Counted from the first letter of the stretch, positions 19,246 to 28,250 are shown. The stretch: DNA of 64,000 nucleotides from Candidatus Minthosoma caballi (GCA_018064505.1 JAGHVC010000024.1:28845-92844); one strand, 5' to 3'. Numbers and translations: made by a program. The notes: generated from the sequence alone by a model not told the origin.

Positions 19246-19917
19246 ATGAATATGAAACGCGTATTTTTAGCTATACTTATCTGTTCAATCAGCACACTTG
19301 CTTTCGCTCAAAACATTGATGTAAAGAAAAAGGGAGGCATTAATCCTAAGGAATGGAAGGCAAATGAATCTGCCACTATCAGCATCAATCGTATTCCAAC
19401 GACTATTGAAGAATTCAAGCAGGTTCAAAGCGAAATCGGCACTACACCAGAAGGCGCTGTCATGCTTCAGCTATTGGCAATGGAAATGTACAATCAAAAT
19501 CCGACTGTAGGAACTGAGTGTATCAAACTCAACAACATACAATCAAACCAATCATCAGTTCTTAGCCGCATGCCTGAGATTTTCAGCAAAAAGGACATGA
19601 ACTATGCTCGTCCTCATCTCGTAGCAACATTCTTCAATGGCTCTACACCTCAGAATGGTTTCAACCCAAAGAATCCATACACTATCCAAGTACGCACTCG
19701 TGCAAATATGCAGTATCAGCGCTCTGAAATGATGAGGGGCTATGTTCTATACCTTGAAGTTTACAGTTCTGGTTATCAAACAAGCCCATGGCGTTCTGTA
19801 GAAGTAATTAAGCAGAAAGGCAGCGAGTTCTTCCAAGTCAGCAACTCCCCTGCACTCTATGTACAGTGCATGGATGTTGACTTCGACAGCGACAGAGACT
19901 ATGAAGGGCTAAAGTAA
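19246..19917 (+). CDS. Hypothetical secreted protein
   Basis: 223 aa with signal peptide MNMKRVFLAILICSISTLAFAQN. No family recognised. Confidence 0.5.
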   Translation: MNMKRVFLAILICSISTLAFAQNIDVKKKGGINPKEWKANESATISINRIPTTIEEFKQVQSEIGTTPEGAVMLQLLAMEMYNQNPTVGTECIKLNNIQSNQSSVLSRMPEIFSKKDMNYARPHLVATFFNGSTPQNGFNPKNPYTIQVRTRANMQYQRSEMMRGYVLYLEVYSSGYQTSPWRSVEVIKQKGSEFFQVSNSPALYVQCMDVDFDSDRDYEGLK

Positions 19918-19959
19918 CCGTCGTAATTCATAGGTTTCACTTTTATATTTATAACAACA

Positions 19960-20874
19960 ATGGTAAAAAACATCTTCACATACCTATCTATAATATTGCT
20001 CGTTTCTTGTAGCAATCAGGTTTCGACTACTAGTATCAATGAAAACGACAGCCTCTGCGTTGCCGACACCATTGTCACACTAGGGGACGATAAGCAAGAT
20101 TTCTCTATTGAATTCAAGACTTACCAGAAACAAACACTTTTGAAGGCAGACTATGAGCGAAAGAATATCTACCACGAGAATTCCATAACTCTTCAATGGC
20201 CTGTGAAAGCACAAGGTTTCAATCTTGACTCACTCCAGCATGCCCTCTCTGAATTAATGTCAGAAGGAAACATTGAAGATCCTCAAGTGTTTGTCGACGA
20301 ATGGGCAAAAGGAATGTGGGCAGAACATGGATGGGGATGGAACTATGAAATAGTTGACAGTCGTGAAGAAGAGGCAAACAATGACGAAAACGATGATGAC
20401 GATGAAAACGATGATGATGACGATATTGTACAATATGACACTGATGCTTCATTAGAACTGACTTGCATTGATTCCGACTCCATTAATCATCTCATCACCT
20501 TCATGAAATCTTACTCCTACAACAACGGTTGCGGCTTAGGTTCATGTATTTATTTCGGATTCGATCATTTGGTATATGACTATGTTAACTGTAAAAAAGT
20601 GGAACTTAGCGACATCATCGCAAACGAGAAAGAAGCCATTAATCAGTTAAAAAAACAATGTATAAACAGTGATCAATACAGTGGGCTCGAAGGCCTCAAG
20701 GAACTTACTGAGCTCCCTACCAATTTCCGTATAAGCGACAATGTGATATTTTTCCAGTTCGAGAAATACGAGATATCATACGGAGCCGATGGATGCCCTG
20801 AATTAGGTTTTGATGTCAGCAAATGTCCAAACCTCCTTACTGACTACGGAAAGCAAGTATTTAGGATAAAGTAA
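19960..20874 (+). CDS. Hypothetical lipoprotein with an acidic D/N/E tract and a possible DUF3298-like C-terminus
   Basis: 304 aa. The lipobox is LLVSCSN. The acidic run is EEEANNDENDDDDENDDDDD (about 20365-20425). The C-terminal FFQFEKYEISYGADG resembles the DUF3298 motif F.F..YE.APYA.G. Confidence 0.5.
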   Translation: MVKNIFTYLSIILLVSCSNQVSTTSINENDSLCVADTIVTLGDDKQDFSIEFKTYQKQTLLKADYERKNIYHENSITLQWPVKAQGFNLDSLQHALSELMSEGNIEDPQVFVDEWAKGMWAEHGWGWNYEIVDSREEEANNDENDDDDENDDDDDIVQYDTDASLELTCIDSDSINHLITFMKSYSYNNGCGLGSCIYFGFDHLVYDYVNCKKVELSDIIANEKEAINQLKKQCINSDQYSGLEGLKELTELPTNFRISDNVIFFQFEKYEISYGADGCPELGFDVSKCPNLLTDYGKQVFRIK

Positions 20875-20940
20875 TATAATTTCGAAGACTATTCCCCATT
20901 AACTTAATACAAAAAAAGAACAATAACAACACCTATAGAT

Positions 20941-22020
20941 ATGAAGAAAGCATTCATTATAGCACTTGCTCTCATCATGCAACTCAGTGCTTTTGCGGAC
21001 GGGAACCCTATGTGGAATAACTATGGCAAGACCGTACAAGTAAAAGGAGGAGCAGGCATAGAACAATTCGTCGAAGCTATATTAGGCTATAAACCAGACG
21101 ATTGGTCAAGAGACCCTGTATATGACAAGCGAAACGGATTCTTCCACTATTACGAGGAAGGCAGCGGACACATAGAATACTATGTCAGCTACTGGAATCG
21201 CAACGACGGCAAGAAGCTTGTCATCATGTCATACGACGAAGCCGACTTCGGCAAACCAATCACACCACAGTCATCTCCATGGGGATACTACAGCACCACT
21301 ATGGTTGCCGACAATGACATGGAGTCTGAAGCGGAAGGCGTCAATACTGATACAGGCTTCCGAGCTTATCTCTACGACGAGGCAAAGAAGCAGCTCACGC
21401 CATTGACTACTCCCCCATTCAATGGATTTGACAATCCTGTAAATAATCACTATCTGCTCATGCTGCCTCAGCAGGGAAAGGATATCCGAGTTCGCGAGCA
21501 GAAAGACGAGGCAGGATTCTTCGTTTACCACACACTAAAATGGAATGGAATGACTTTCGATTTCATAAGAGAAGGAAATGTTGTAGCATCATTCTTTGGC
21601 ACAGAGGCAAATATTAATATCCGAACTGCTCCTAATGGGAGAATAGTATATACTACCCCAAATACAGGTGAATACAGTTTTGATATCGTTAAGATCGAGA
21701 ATGGCTGGTGCCTTATAGATGGAACAAGCATCTATGAAAACGAAGAAAGCACTATGATTGAACTTAACGGCTCCAACTCTGGATACTGGGTTCACTCTTC
21801 ATGCATTGGTGCAAAAGGAGGAAATGGAGATGGAGCTGTCACACTTCTTGCCTCGCCAGATGACAATGCCAAGGTTGTGTACAAGAGCAACGACTACACA
21901 ATCATTGAGCCAATTGAAATTCGTGGCGAATGGGTTAAAGTACGAGCTCGTGTAAGCAAAAAAGTTGGTTGGATAAGAATATACGACATGTGTTCTAACC
22001 CTCTCACAAACTGCTGCTAG
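20941..22020 (+). CDS. Hypothetical secreted protein with possible C-terminal SH3b-like repeats
   Basis: 359 aa with signal peptide MKKAFIIALALIMQLSAFA. Two SH3b-like segments are NIRTAPNGRIVYT...GWCLI and LLASPDDNAKVVYK...GEWVKVR...GWI. Confidence 0.45.
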   Translation: MKKAFIIALALIMQLSAFADGNPMWNNYGKTVQVKGGAGIEQFVEAILGYKPDDWSRDPVYDKRNGFFHYYEEGSGHIEYYVSYWNRNDGKKLVIMSYDEADFGKPITPQSSPWGYYSTTMVADNDMESEAEGVNTDTGFRAYLYDEAKKQLTPLTTPPFNGFDNPVNNHYLLMLPQQGKDIRVREQKDEAGFFVYHTLKWNGMTFDFIREGNVVASFFGTEANINIRTAPNGRIVYTTPNTGEYSFDIVKIENGWCLIDGTSIYENEESTMIELNGSNSGYWVHSSCIGAKGGNGDGAVTLLASPDDNAKVVYKSNDYTIIEPIEIRGEWVKVRARVSKKVGWIRIYDMCSNPLTNCC

Positions 22021-22120
22021 ACCATCCTACAAATACTACTAACATAGCAGACTTTACAGGTGCGAACAATAACCATCCTAAAGATGGAAAACAAGCATTA
22101 AAACAATAAACCTTATCAAT

Positions 22121-23896
22121 ATGATAAAGAATATATTAACAATAGTATCCTTCTTCGTAGCCACTACAGGCTTTGCGCAAAACGATGCATGGAGCAAGGT
22201 GACTAACTGGAACAAATACTTTGAAAATGACCTCGAGAACATAGTGGCCTATGCCCTTTACGATATCGACGGTGACGGAATCAACGAAGCATTCGTGCGC
22301 GACGAAGCCAACTGCTACGGCTGTCTCTCATGTGGTGGTGGAGAAATCAAGGCCGTCACAAACTCAATCATGACTACTGATCTTTATTACTGTAAAGGCA
22401 TACCATATGTCATCCATAAGGGAGGTTGCGGAACTGGTTGTTTCCACAAAGAAATATGCAAGATAGAGAAGAGTAAGCTTACAACGCGTTTGCTTGACAT
22501 TGCATATTATGGCCCTGAAGGTCAGGAAGAGCACGAATGCAGCACTCACAAGACTGGAGAGGACAAAGACATCAGCTATGCCCAATTTCAAAAGCTGGCT
22601 CCAAAATTGAATGATTTGAAACACATGACAACTCTCAAATGGATTCCTGTTACTTCTGTTTCAAACACTCCTAAAGCTGCTCCTACATCTGACCTTGCCA
22701 CACTTCACGCTGTCAATGGCGATACTGTTATCATCAAGGATTCAAAGGGATACCTCTATCAGATTATGAGTGACGCAAGCGTTGGTGTTGCTCCAGGCGG
22801 TGCATACTCTGGCGACATAGTCATTCCGTCACAGATTAAGTATGAGGGACGCACACGCAATGTCACTACTGTTCGCCGTGGAGCTATGTGGAAAAAAGAA
22901 GGAACCTCAAATATTGGCAACATAACTTCCATTACCCTTCCTGAGACAGTCACTCTTGTCGGTGCAGATGCCTTTCGTGGCAATGCCAACCTTACTGCTG
23001 TCAACTACAGCGATAAGACTCGCATTGAGGTACGCTCATTCTGGGGATGTCCAAAGCTTCAGATTGAGCAGAATGAACCTGCATATGCATTTACCGAACC
23101 TACAGATTATTCAGAAGAGAATAGCGCTGCTACACGCGAAGCCTTCACACGAATGTACTATCCAACTGAGGAGCCTGACATGAAGGTTTCTCGATACAAT
23201 TGGGCATTCTTCAAATACAACCATAGCGGCATTGCCTTCGACTCTTGGAAAAACTTTGACAGCGAAAATGCTATGGCTTGTTTCTGTTGGCGCATAAAGA
23301 ATGTCAAGTCAGGCCTATTTCGTCTTCTGAATCCTGACAATGTAGAGCCTATGTTCAAGGGGTATCTTGAAGGCTCTGAGAATGTTATGCTTGCAGACAA
23401 TAACTATGTTGCCACACATGAGTTCCCTATGTTCAGTCGCTGGATATGGGGTGAGCAAGAGAAATCAATGCCTAAAACTTTCGTAGCAGCTATGGAAAAG
23501 AAGTACGGTCGCAAGGCTAAGTACAGCTATGAGTGCGGCAAACTCCTATATTCTACAAACGAGCAACTTGCCATCACTGAGTTTGTCATCACAAACCATG
23601 AGTGCATGTATGTTCTCTCTTGGCTGAAAGACGGCAAAGAAGTGTGCAGTTATATGGACAAGCGTCCTGTTGAGCCTGGATATGAGGAATTCAGCGTCTG
23701 GAATGTTGACGACGAGGGAGACTATGGCATTCCAAACATTATGACTATTGCTCGTGACGAGAAAGGCAACATCGAGCTCTTCCTCTTCCACGGAGCACCA
23801 GAGAGCTTCAACTTCATGCATCTTGCTCAGAGAGGCAACAAGTTTGAACAGATTGGTGATGATCATTGGTACAACTGGATTGACAGTCCGGAGTAA
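22121..23896 (+). CDS. Secreted protein with a BspA-type leucine-rich repeat segment
   Basis: 591 aa with signal peptide MIKNILTIVSFFVATTGFAQ. It has an FG-GAP-like DIDGDGINEAF string. The central segment IPSQIKYEGR..VTTVRRGAMW...ITSITLPETVTLVGADAFRGNANLTAVNY...IEVRSFWGCPKL resembles LRR_5 (BspA-like) repeats. Confidence 0.5.
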   Translation: MIKNILTIVSFFVATTGFAQNDAWSKVTNWNKYFENDLENIVAYALYDIDGDGINEAFVRDEANCYGCLSCGGGEIKAVTNSIMTTDLYYCKGIPYVIHKGGCGTGCFHKEICKIEKSKLTTRLLDIAYYGPEGQEEHECSTHKTGEDKDISYAQFQKLAPKLNDLKHMTTLKWIPVTSVSNTPKAAPTSDLATLHAVNGDTVIIKDSKGYLYQIMSDASVGVAPGGAYSGDIVIPSQIKYEGRTRNVTTVRRGAMWKKEGTSNIGNITSITLPETVTLVGADAFRGNANLTAVNYSDKTRIEVRSFWGCPKLQIEQNEPAYAFTEPTDYSEENSAATREAFTRMYYPTEEPDMKVSRYNWAFFKYNHSGIAFDSWKNFDSENAMACFCWRIKNVKSGLFRLLNPDNVEPMFKGYLEGSENVMLADNNYVATHEFPMFSRWIWGEQEKSMPKTFVAAMEKKYGRKAKYSYECGKLLYSTNEQLAITEFVITNHECMYVLSWLKDGKEVCSYMDKRPVEPGYEEFSVWNVDDEGDYGIPNIMTIARDEKGNIELFLFHGAPESFNFMHLAQRGNKFEQIGDDHWYNWIDSPE

Positions 23897-23914
23897 CATC
23901 GGAAAAGCCAATTT

Positions 23915-23948
23915 GGGCTTGAAATAAACACAGAAGCCCTTTCTTTTC
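23915..23948 (+). terminator. Putative terminator of the secreted-protein island
   Basis: GGGCTT-N13-AAGCCC followed by TTTCTTTTC. It lies directly before the left end of the inverted-repeat cassette. Confidence 0.5.
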
Positions 23949-24250
23949 GATTTTCACTTCCCCACATACCCTTTCATCGGTAAGCGATTGGGGATTAACA
24001 AACTACACAGGGTAAGTGTCCATGCCGGCACTTACCCTTTATTTTCCCCAATACTTACCCCGAACACTTTCACTAACCGCAACCCACCACTTCTAAAAGC
24101 TAAGGCGGCCAAAAGTCCGTTCGAGCAGATATGGCGTTTTTTTGCGTCAAATCGCAACTAACGACAGAAAAATAACACCGAGACACATTACGCAACATCA
24201 TTGCGTAAGATGCCTCGAATGTATAATCAGCGGATAGTGGAACCTATCCT

Positions 24251-24580
24251 TCAAAAAACAGCTGCCACGCGTCGCAATGCAGATAGTCGCTGGAGGAAAG
24301 TAGGGCTATTCTTTGTTTGTTGTAAATTATAGTCCATTTGAATCCTGAGCAGAGGAGCAGCGTTGACTCCAAGCACAGCCTCTATCAGCAACGCCATTTC
24401 TGGAGTCAGCTGTCGTTTTTTGTTCAGCATCTCATTAAGCTGAGAATATGACACACCTATCTCTTTCGCAAACTGTCGCTGCGAAATCCGTCTAAATTCA
24501 AGCTCGTCCTTAATTATCTCACCAGGGTGCGTTGCAACAAATGGTGTTGCGTCATTAGCAGAAAACTTTTGTGTTGCCAT
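24251..24580 (-). CDS. higA: HigA-family antitoxin (XRE-type HTH)
   Basis: 109 aa. HPGEIIKDELEFRRISQRQFAKEIGVSYSQLNEMLNKKRQLTPEMALLIE matches the HigA/VapI HTH pattern. It lies 6 nt downstream of the toxin gene. Confidence 0.85.
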   Translation of the reverse strand: MATQKFSANDATPFVATHPGEIIKDELEFRRISQRQFAKEIGVSYSQLNEMLNKKRQLTPEMALLIEAVLGVNAAPLLRIQMDYNLQQTKNSPTFLQRLSALRRVAAVF

Positions 24581-24586
24581 ACTATT

Positions 24587-24904
24587 TTAGCTATAATGAT
24601 TTGACAATTCTGTAATGTTGCAGATTGTGGCAATCTCCTTGCCATCTTCCAATTCTTCCTTAAACTCTATGCGGTATTGGTCATTGACTCTGACAGAAGA
24701 TAACCCCTCCTTGTCTCCATGCAGATGCTCATAGTGCAGTGACCCATATTTAGCAAGCCCCATCACATTGTCTTCAGCCGTCATCAGTTTTATCACGCGT
24801 ATGTATTTGTTGACTATCTGTGGCTGAAAACGATGTTTCTTATCATTCACCTTTCCTTTCGTATAAAGGTCATAGAGATATTCTTGCTCAAAGTTTACCG
24901 TCAT
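24587..24904 (-). CDS. higB: HigB-like toxin (RelE/ParE superfamily, plasmid maintenance killer type)
   Basis: 105 aa. LHYEHLHGDKEGLSSVRVNDQYRIEF resembles the HigB motif (L.G...G..S.R.N.Q.RI.F). The toxin-first gene order is typical of higBA. Confidence 0.8.
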   Translation of the reverse strand: MTVNFEQEYLYDLYTKGKVNDKKHRFQPQIVNKYIRVIKLMTAEDNVMGLAKYGSLHYEHLHGDKEGLSSVRVNDQYRIEFKEELEDGKEIATICNITELSNHYS

Positions 24905-24926
24905 ACGCTAAATTATGAATTTCATG

Positions 24927-24934
24927 CAAAGATA
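24927..24934 (-). promoter_or_regulatory. Candidate -7 box (TATCTTTG) for higBA
   Basis: The reverse strand reads TATCTTTG, 22 nt upstream of the higB ATG at 24904. Confidence 0.45.
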
Positions 24935-25136
24935 GCAAATTCATCTTCTGTTCGCAAATTTGTTAACACTTTTATGTCTAGGACACTTTGAAAAGTTACC
25001 AAAACACAGAATCTTTGCAGGATACATAATCAATCGAGGCATCCTGTGCTAAAAAAATAGCAGGGATGCCTCTGATAGAATTATGCGTATAGGAAAGACT
25101 GGATTGACTAAACCTTGGAGCGAATCAATGGAGCCT

Positions 25137-25166
25137 GTCCCCCATGATTTTGTCCCCCATGATTTT
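25137..25166 (+). repeat. Perfect 15-bp tandem duplication (GTCCCCCATGATTTT x2)
   Basis: Read directly from the sequence: units at 25137-25151 and 25152-25166. It lies in the non-coding part of E1. Confidence 0.9.
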
Positions 25167-25208
25167 CCCTACAACCCGACCTCTTTCCCAACTCACAGGG
25201 TGTGAGTT

Positions 25209-25290
25209 GCGGTTCGCATAAGGTAAGAGAAGCGGTTCATAAAGGGTGTAAGACGCGCTTCTCAAAGGGCGTGAGATTGAGGTTCCAAAA
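25209..25290 (+). repeat. Degenerate ~23-bp direct repeats containing GGTAAG-like motifs
   Basis: GCGGTTCGCATAAGGTAAGAGAA / GCGGTTCATAAAGGGTGTAAGAC / GCGCTTCTCAAAGGGCGTGAGATT / GAGGTTCCAAAAACG. The AAGGGTGTAAG-type cores resemble the GGGTAAGT motif of the element ends. They are preceded by the hairpin CAACTCACA-GGG-TGTGAGTTG. Confidence 0.6.
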
Positions 25291-25317
25291 ACGAAGATTG
25301 CACCACTTTTTCCCTCT

Positions 25318-25412
25318 CAAAACCTTGCGCCCGTCACGCTTGATCGCTTACGCCTTGTAAGCCTTATCGCTTACGCCCGAAAAGCGATAAGGCTTCACGG
25401 GCAGAGACTTTT
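25318..25412 (-). repeat. Y-shaped palindromic intergenic repeat, copy C2 (inside E1)
   Basis: TTGCGCCCGTCACGC ... GCTTACGCCTTGTAAGC ... CCTTATCGCTT-N9-AAGCGATAAGG ... CACGGGCAGAGAC. Its ends are the reverse complement of the C1 and C3 ends. Confidence 0.75.
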
Positions 25413-25693
25413 CAGTCTGATTCTTGGAGGAGCCCCCTCTAGCTCCCCCAGAGGGAGGATAGCCATTCGGAATGACATCAGCAATACTGCCATGGTACTC
25501 TCTGTGGATGGTAAGTGTCAACATTGGTACTTACCCTATGCAACTCATTCATTTCCTACAAATTAGAAGCAAAAGGGGGGTAAGTAGGGAAGTAGAAATG
25601 GAAAAACACAAGAATGCTGAGTAAAATGATGGGAAAACGCTATTTTTGCATCGAAAACATTGACAAATGCGAGGAAAAGCGGAAAAAAGAATG

Positions 25694-25701
25694 TAACTTT
25701 G
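25694..25701 (+). promoter_or_regulatory. Candidate -7 box (TAACTTTG) for the rhamnogalacturonan lyase gene
   Basis: Matches TAnnTTTG, 51 nt upstream of the ATG at 25752. A second candidate, TATTTTTG, lies at 25641-25648. Confidence 0.45.
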
Positions 25702-25751
25702 CAAAAATAACGGAACTTATGCACGAAATTAACTTTACTCAACACACCATC

Positions 25752-28190
25752 ATGAAAAGATTACATATATTTGCAGCATCACTGCTGCTTTCATCTATCG
25801 GAGCAACTGCGCAAGTGACTCCTATCAGCCAGATGGAGAAACTTGACCGTGGCGTTGTGGCTCTGCCATCGCAGACGAGCGGCATGTTCGTCAGCTGGCG
25901 TTTTCTTGGCACTGACGATGCCGACAACACCTCATTTGATGTTCTGCGCGACGGAATAGCTGTGGGCAAGAATATCACTAAGTGCACTTGCTATAATGAT
26001 GCTATCGGAAAATCAACAAGCGGATATCAAGTAGTGACAAAAGTGGATGGAGTGGCGATTGACACCACTGACATCGTGAAACCTTGGTCACAAGTGTATA
26101 AGACGCTGAAGCTTGACCGTCCAAAAGAAGGTGACTTAGGAGAAGGGACTTACACTTATTCCCCTAACGACATAAGCGTGGGTGATGTTGATGGCGACGG
26201 AGAGTATGAATTGTTTGTGAAATGGGATCCTTCCAACTCCAAAGACAACTCTCAAAGTGGCATCACTGGCAATGTGTATCTCGATTGCTACCGTATGGAT
26301 GGTACAAAGCTGTGGCGCATCGACCTCGGAAGGAATATCCGTGCAGGCGCTCACTACACACAGTTCATGGTGTATGACTTCGATGGCGATGGCCGTGCAG
26401 AGATGATGTGCAAGACCGCTCCTGGCAGCAAGGACGGAATGGGCGAATATGTGAATCAAGCAGCTACCGACACGAAAATCAAAGCTGCATCGAATTCAAA
26501 GAGCTGGGTAGTGAGTGGCGGCCGCATTGATGGAGGTCATGAATATCTCACTGTGTTTGAAGGCTCTACAGGCAAAGCGATACACACCATTGCTTACAAC
26601 CCAAACCGCAATGCTTCTTCCACTCTTAATGAGGCAACCGGCACTTTCAATTGGGACGACAGAAGCGGAAAGAGCGACAAGGGCAACTACGGCAACCGCG
26701 GCGAGCGATTCCTTGCTGCCGTAGCCTCGCTTGATGGCCCTGATGCTCCGCCTTCGGGCATCTTCTGCCGTGGATACTACACCTTTGCTTATGTGTGGGC
26801 TGTAGATTTCGACGGCAAACAGCTCAAACCTCGATGGCTGCATAAGTCGGCATCTAAGACAAGCTACAGCGTGGTTGACTACACAGAGAGCGCAGCTGGA
26901 AAGACAAAGACATACACAGCACCGGCAAGCAAGTCGGGCTCGGGCAAGAACACCCTCTATGCCAACGGCAATCACAACATCTCTGTAGCCGATGTTGATG
27001 GTGACGGAAAAGACGAAATCATCTACGGCTCAGCAGCTCTCGATGATGACGGAAAATTGCTTTACAGCGTTGGCTTTGGTCATGGCGATGCTATGCACCT
27101 CGGCGACCTCGACCCTACTCGCGAAGGAATGGAAGTGTTTCAAGTGCATGAAGAAAAAGGCACCTACTCGTGGGATGTGCACGATGCTGCCACAGGCCAG
27201 ATACTCTTCAAGGGCGGCAATAGCGGAGTGGACAACGGCAGAGGCATTGCTGCACAACTCTCATCAAGCCACTATGGCTACTATTTCAGTTCGAGCGACG
27301 ATCGTCAGCAGCGCAGCGCTGTGACTGGCAAGGCAGTGTCTTCGGGCAACACATCGCTCAACTTCCGCATCTATTGGGACGGCGACCTTCAGGATGAGCT
27401 CTTCGATGGCGGCAAGATTGACAAATGGAACGGCAGCGGCACAACGCGCCTCTACATAAAGGGAAAGAATCCGTACGACTACAACTCATCAAGCACTTGC
27501 AACAGCACGAAGTCTACACCAAATCTGCAAGCCGACATCTTTGGCGACTGGCGCGAAGAGATAATATTGTGGAACTCGCAAGACGGGGCAACGCTCAACA
27601 TCTTCTCTGCCAACACCACCACAAACTACCGAGTACCTACGCTCATGCACGACCACACCTACCGCATGGGCATTGCATGGCAGAATGTGGCATACAATCA
27701 GCCGCCACATCTTGGCTACTATCTGCCCGACATGTTCCGTACCACTTTCAAGCCAAAGGATGAGCACTCGCTGGAACAGACCGTGGAGTGTGGCGACAGC
27801 ATTCTCGCCATGACAACAGCATACCTCAACTGCACCTCGATAGCCGTTGATTCAACCTACACCCCTACGGGAAACATAAAAGGCCTGGATGAAGCATTCC
27901 AGATGAAGCGCGACCTTGCCACTCACTCAGTCATCATCACGGGAAAGCCTGAAGTGGCTGGCGACTACACCATAGTGCTGCGCGGCTCTGGCAACTCCAA
28001 CTTTGCTGGCAATGCATATCACACCCTCACCATCCATGTTTTGCCATCGGTGGGCATAGCCTCTATACAGACCAAATCCACCCCAGTCATCTACGACCTC
28101 AGCGGCCGCCGAATGACAGGCAGCCACCTTCCATCAGGAGTGTATCTGCTGAAAGAAAACGGCGTGGTGAAGAAGATAAGGATAAAATAG
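25752..28190 (+). CDS. Rhamnogalacturonan endolyase, polysaccharide lyase family 11 (YesW-like), with a T9SS C-terminal sorting domain
   Basis: DVDGDGEYELFVKWDPSNSKDNSQSGITGNVYLDCYRMDGTKLWRIDLGRNIRAGAHYTQFMVYDFDGDGRAEMMCKTAPGSKDG is near-diagnostic for PL11 (B. subtilis YesW/YesX). The signal peptide begins at MKRLHIFAASLLLSSIGATAQ, which puts the start at 25752 rather than the track's 25614. The C-terminal VIYDLSGRRM....LPSGVYLLKENGVVKKIRIK fits the T9SS type A CTD pattern. Confidence 0.88.
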   Translation: MKRLHIFAASLLLSSIGATAQVTPISQMEKLDRGVVALPSQTSGMFVSWRFLGTDDADNTSFDVLRDGIAVGKNITKCTCYNDAIGKSTSGYQVVTKVDGVAIDTTDIVKPWSQVYKTLKLDRPKEGDLGEGTYTYSPNDISVGDVDGDGEYELFVKWDPSNSKDNSQSGITGNVYLDCYRMDGTKLWRIDLGRNIRAGAHYTQFMVYDFDGDGRAEMMCKTAPGSKDGMGEYVNQAATDTKIKAASNSKSWVVSGGRIDGGHEYLTVFEGSTGKAIHTIAYNPNRNASSTLNEATGTFNWDDRSGKSDKGNYGNRGERFLAAVASLDGPDAPPSGIFCRGYYTFAYVWAVDFDGKQLKPRWLHKSASKTSYSVVDYTESAAGKTKTYTAPASKSGSGKNTLYANGNHNISVADVDGDGKDEIIYGSAALDDDGKLLYSVGFGHGDAMHLGDLDPTREGMEVFQVHEEKGTYSWDVHDAATGQILFKGGNSGVDNGRGIAAQLSSSHYGYYFSSSDDRQQRSAVTGKAVSSGNTSLNFRIYWDGDLQDELFDGGKIDKWNGSGTTRLYIKGKNPYDYNSSSTCNSTKSTPNLQADIFGDWREEIILWNSQDGATLNIFSANTTTNYRVPTLMHDHTYRMGIAWQNVAYNQPPHLGYYLPDMFRTTFKPKDEHSLEQTVECGDSILAMTTAYLNCTSIAVDSTYTPTGNIKGLDEAFQMKRDLATHSVIITGKPEVAGDYTIVLRGSGNSNFAGNAYHTLTIHVLPSVGIASIQTKSTPVIYDLSGRRMTGSHLPSGVYLLKENGVVKKIRIK

Positions 28191-28201
28191 CAAAAAGAAA
28201 C

Positions 28202-28240
28202 AAAATGCAACCTTCAGCAATGGGGGTTGCATTTTGTTTG
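28202..28240 (+). terminator. Rho-independent terminator after the lyase gene
   Basis: AAAATGCAACC-N12-GGTTGCATTTT followed by GTTTG. Confidence 0.75.
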
Positions 28241-28250
28241 CTAACTTAGC

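Larger units (their letters stand above)
23943..25607. mobile_element. Inverted-repeat-bounded cassette E1 (about 1.66 kb) carrying higBA, with no transposase
   Basis: The left module (about 23943-24066) and right module (about 25507-25607) are inverted copies of one ~100-bp module. The termini are TTTTCACTTCCCCACATACCC and GGGGTAAGTAGGGAAGTAGAAA. The subterminal hairpins are GGGTAAGTG-N10-CACTTACCC at 24010-24037 and GGTAAGT-N12-ACTTACC at 25510-25535. The same module forms both ends of E2 at 30703-31228. Confidence 0.65.

Noticed and set aside
20378-20396. A 19-nt exact match (ACAATGACGAAAACGATGA) between the acidic-tract coding region of the 304-aa lipoprotein gene and the 5' flank of S1 (28296-28314).
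   Set aside because: Both are low-complexity GAY/AAY hexamer-periodic sequence. The identity stops at the tract edge, and the rest of the S-element is absent at 20.4 kb. It is most likely coincidental.
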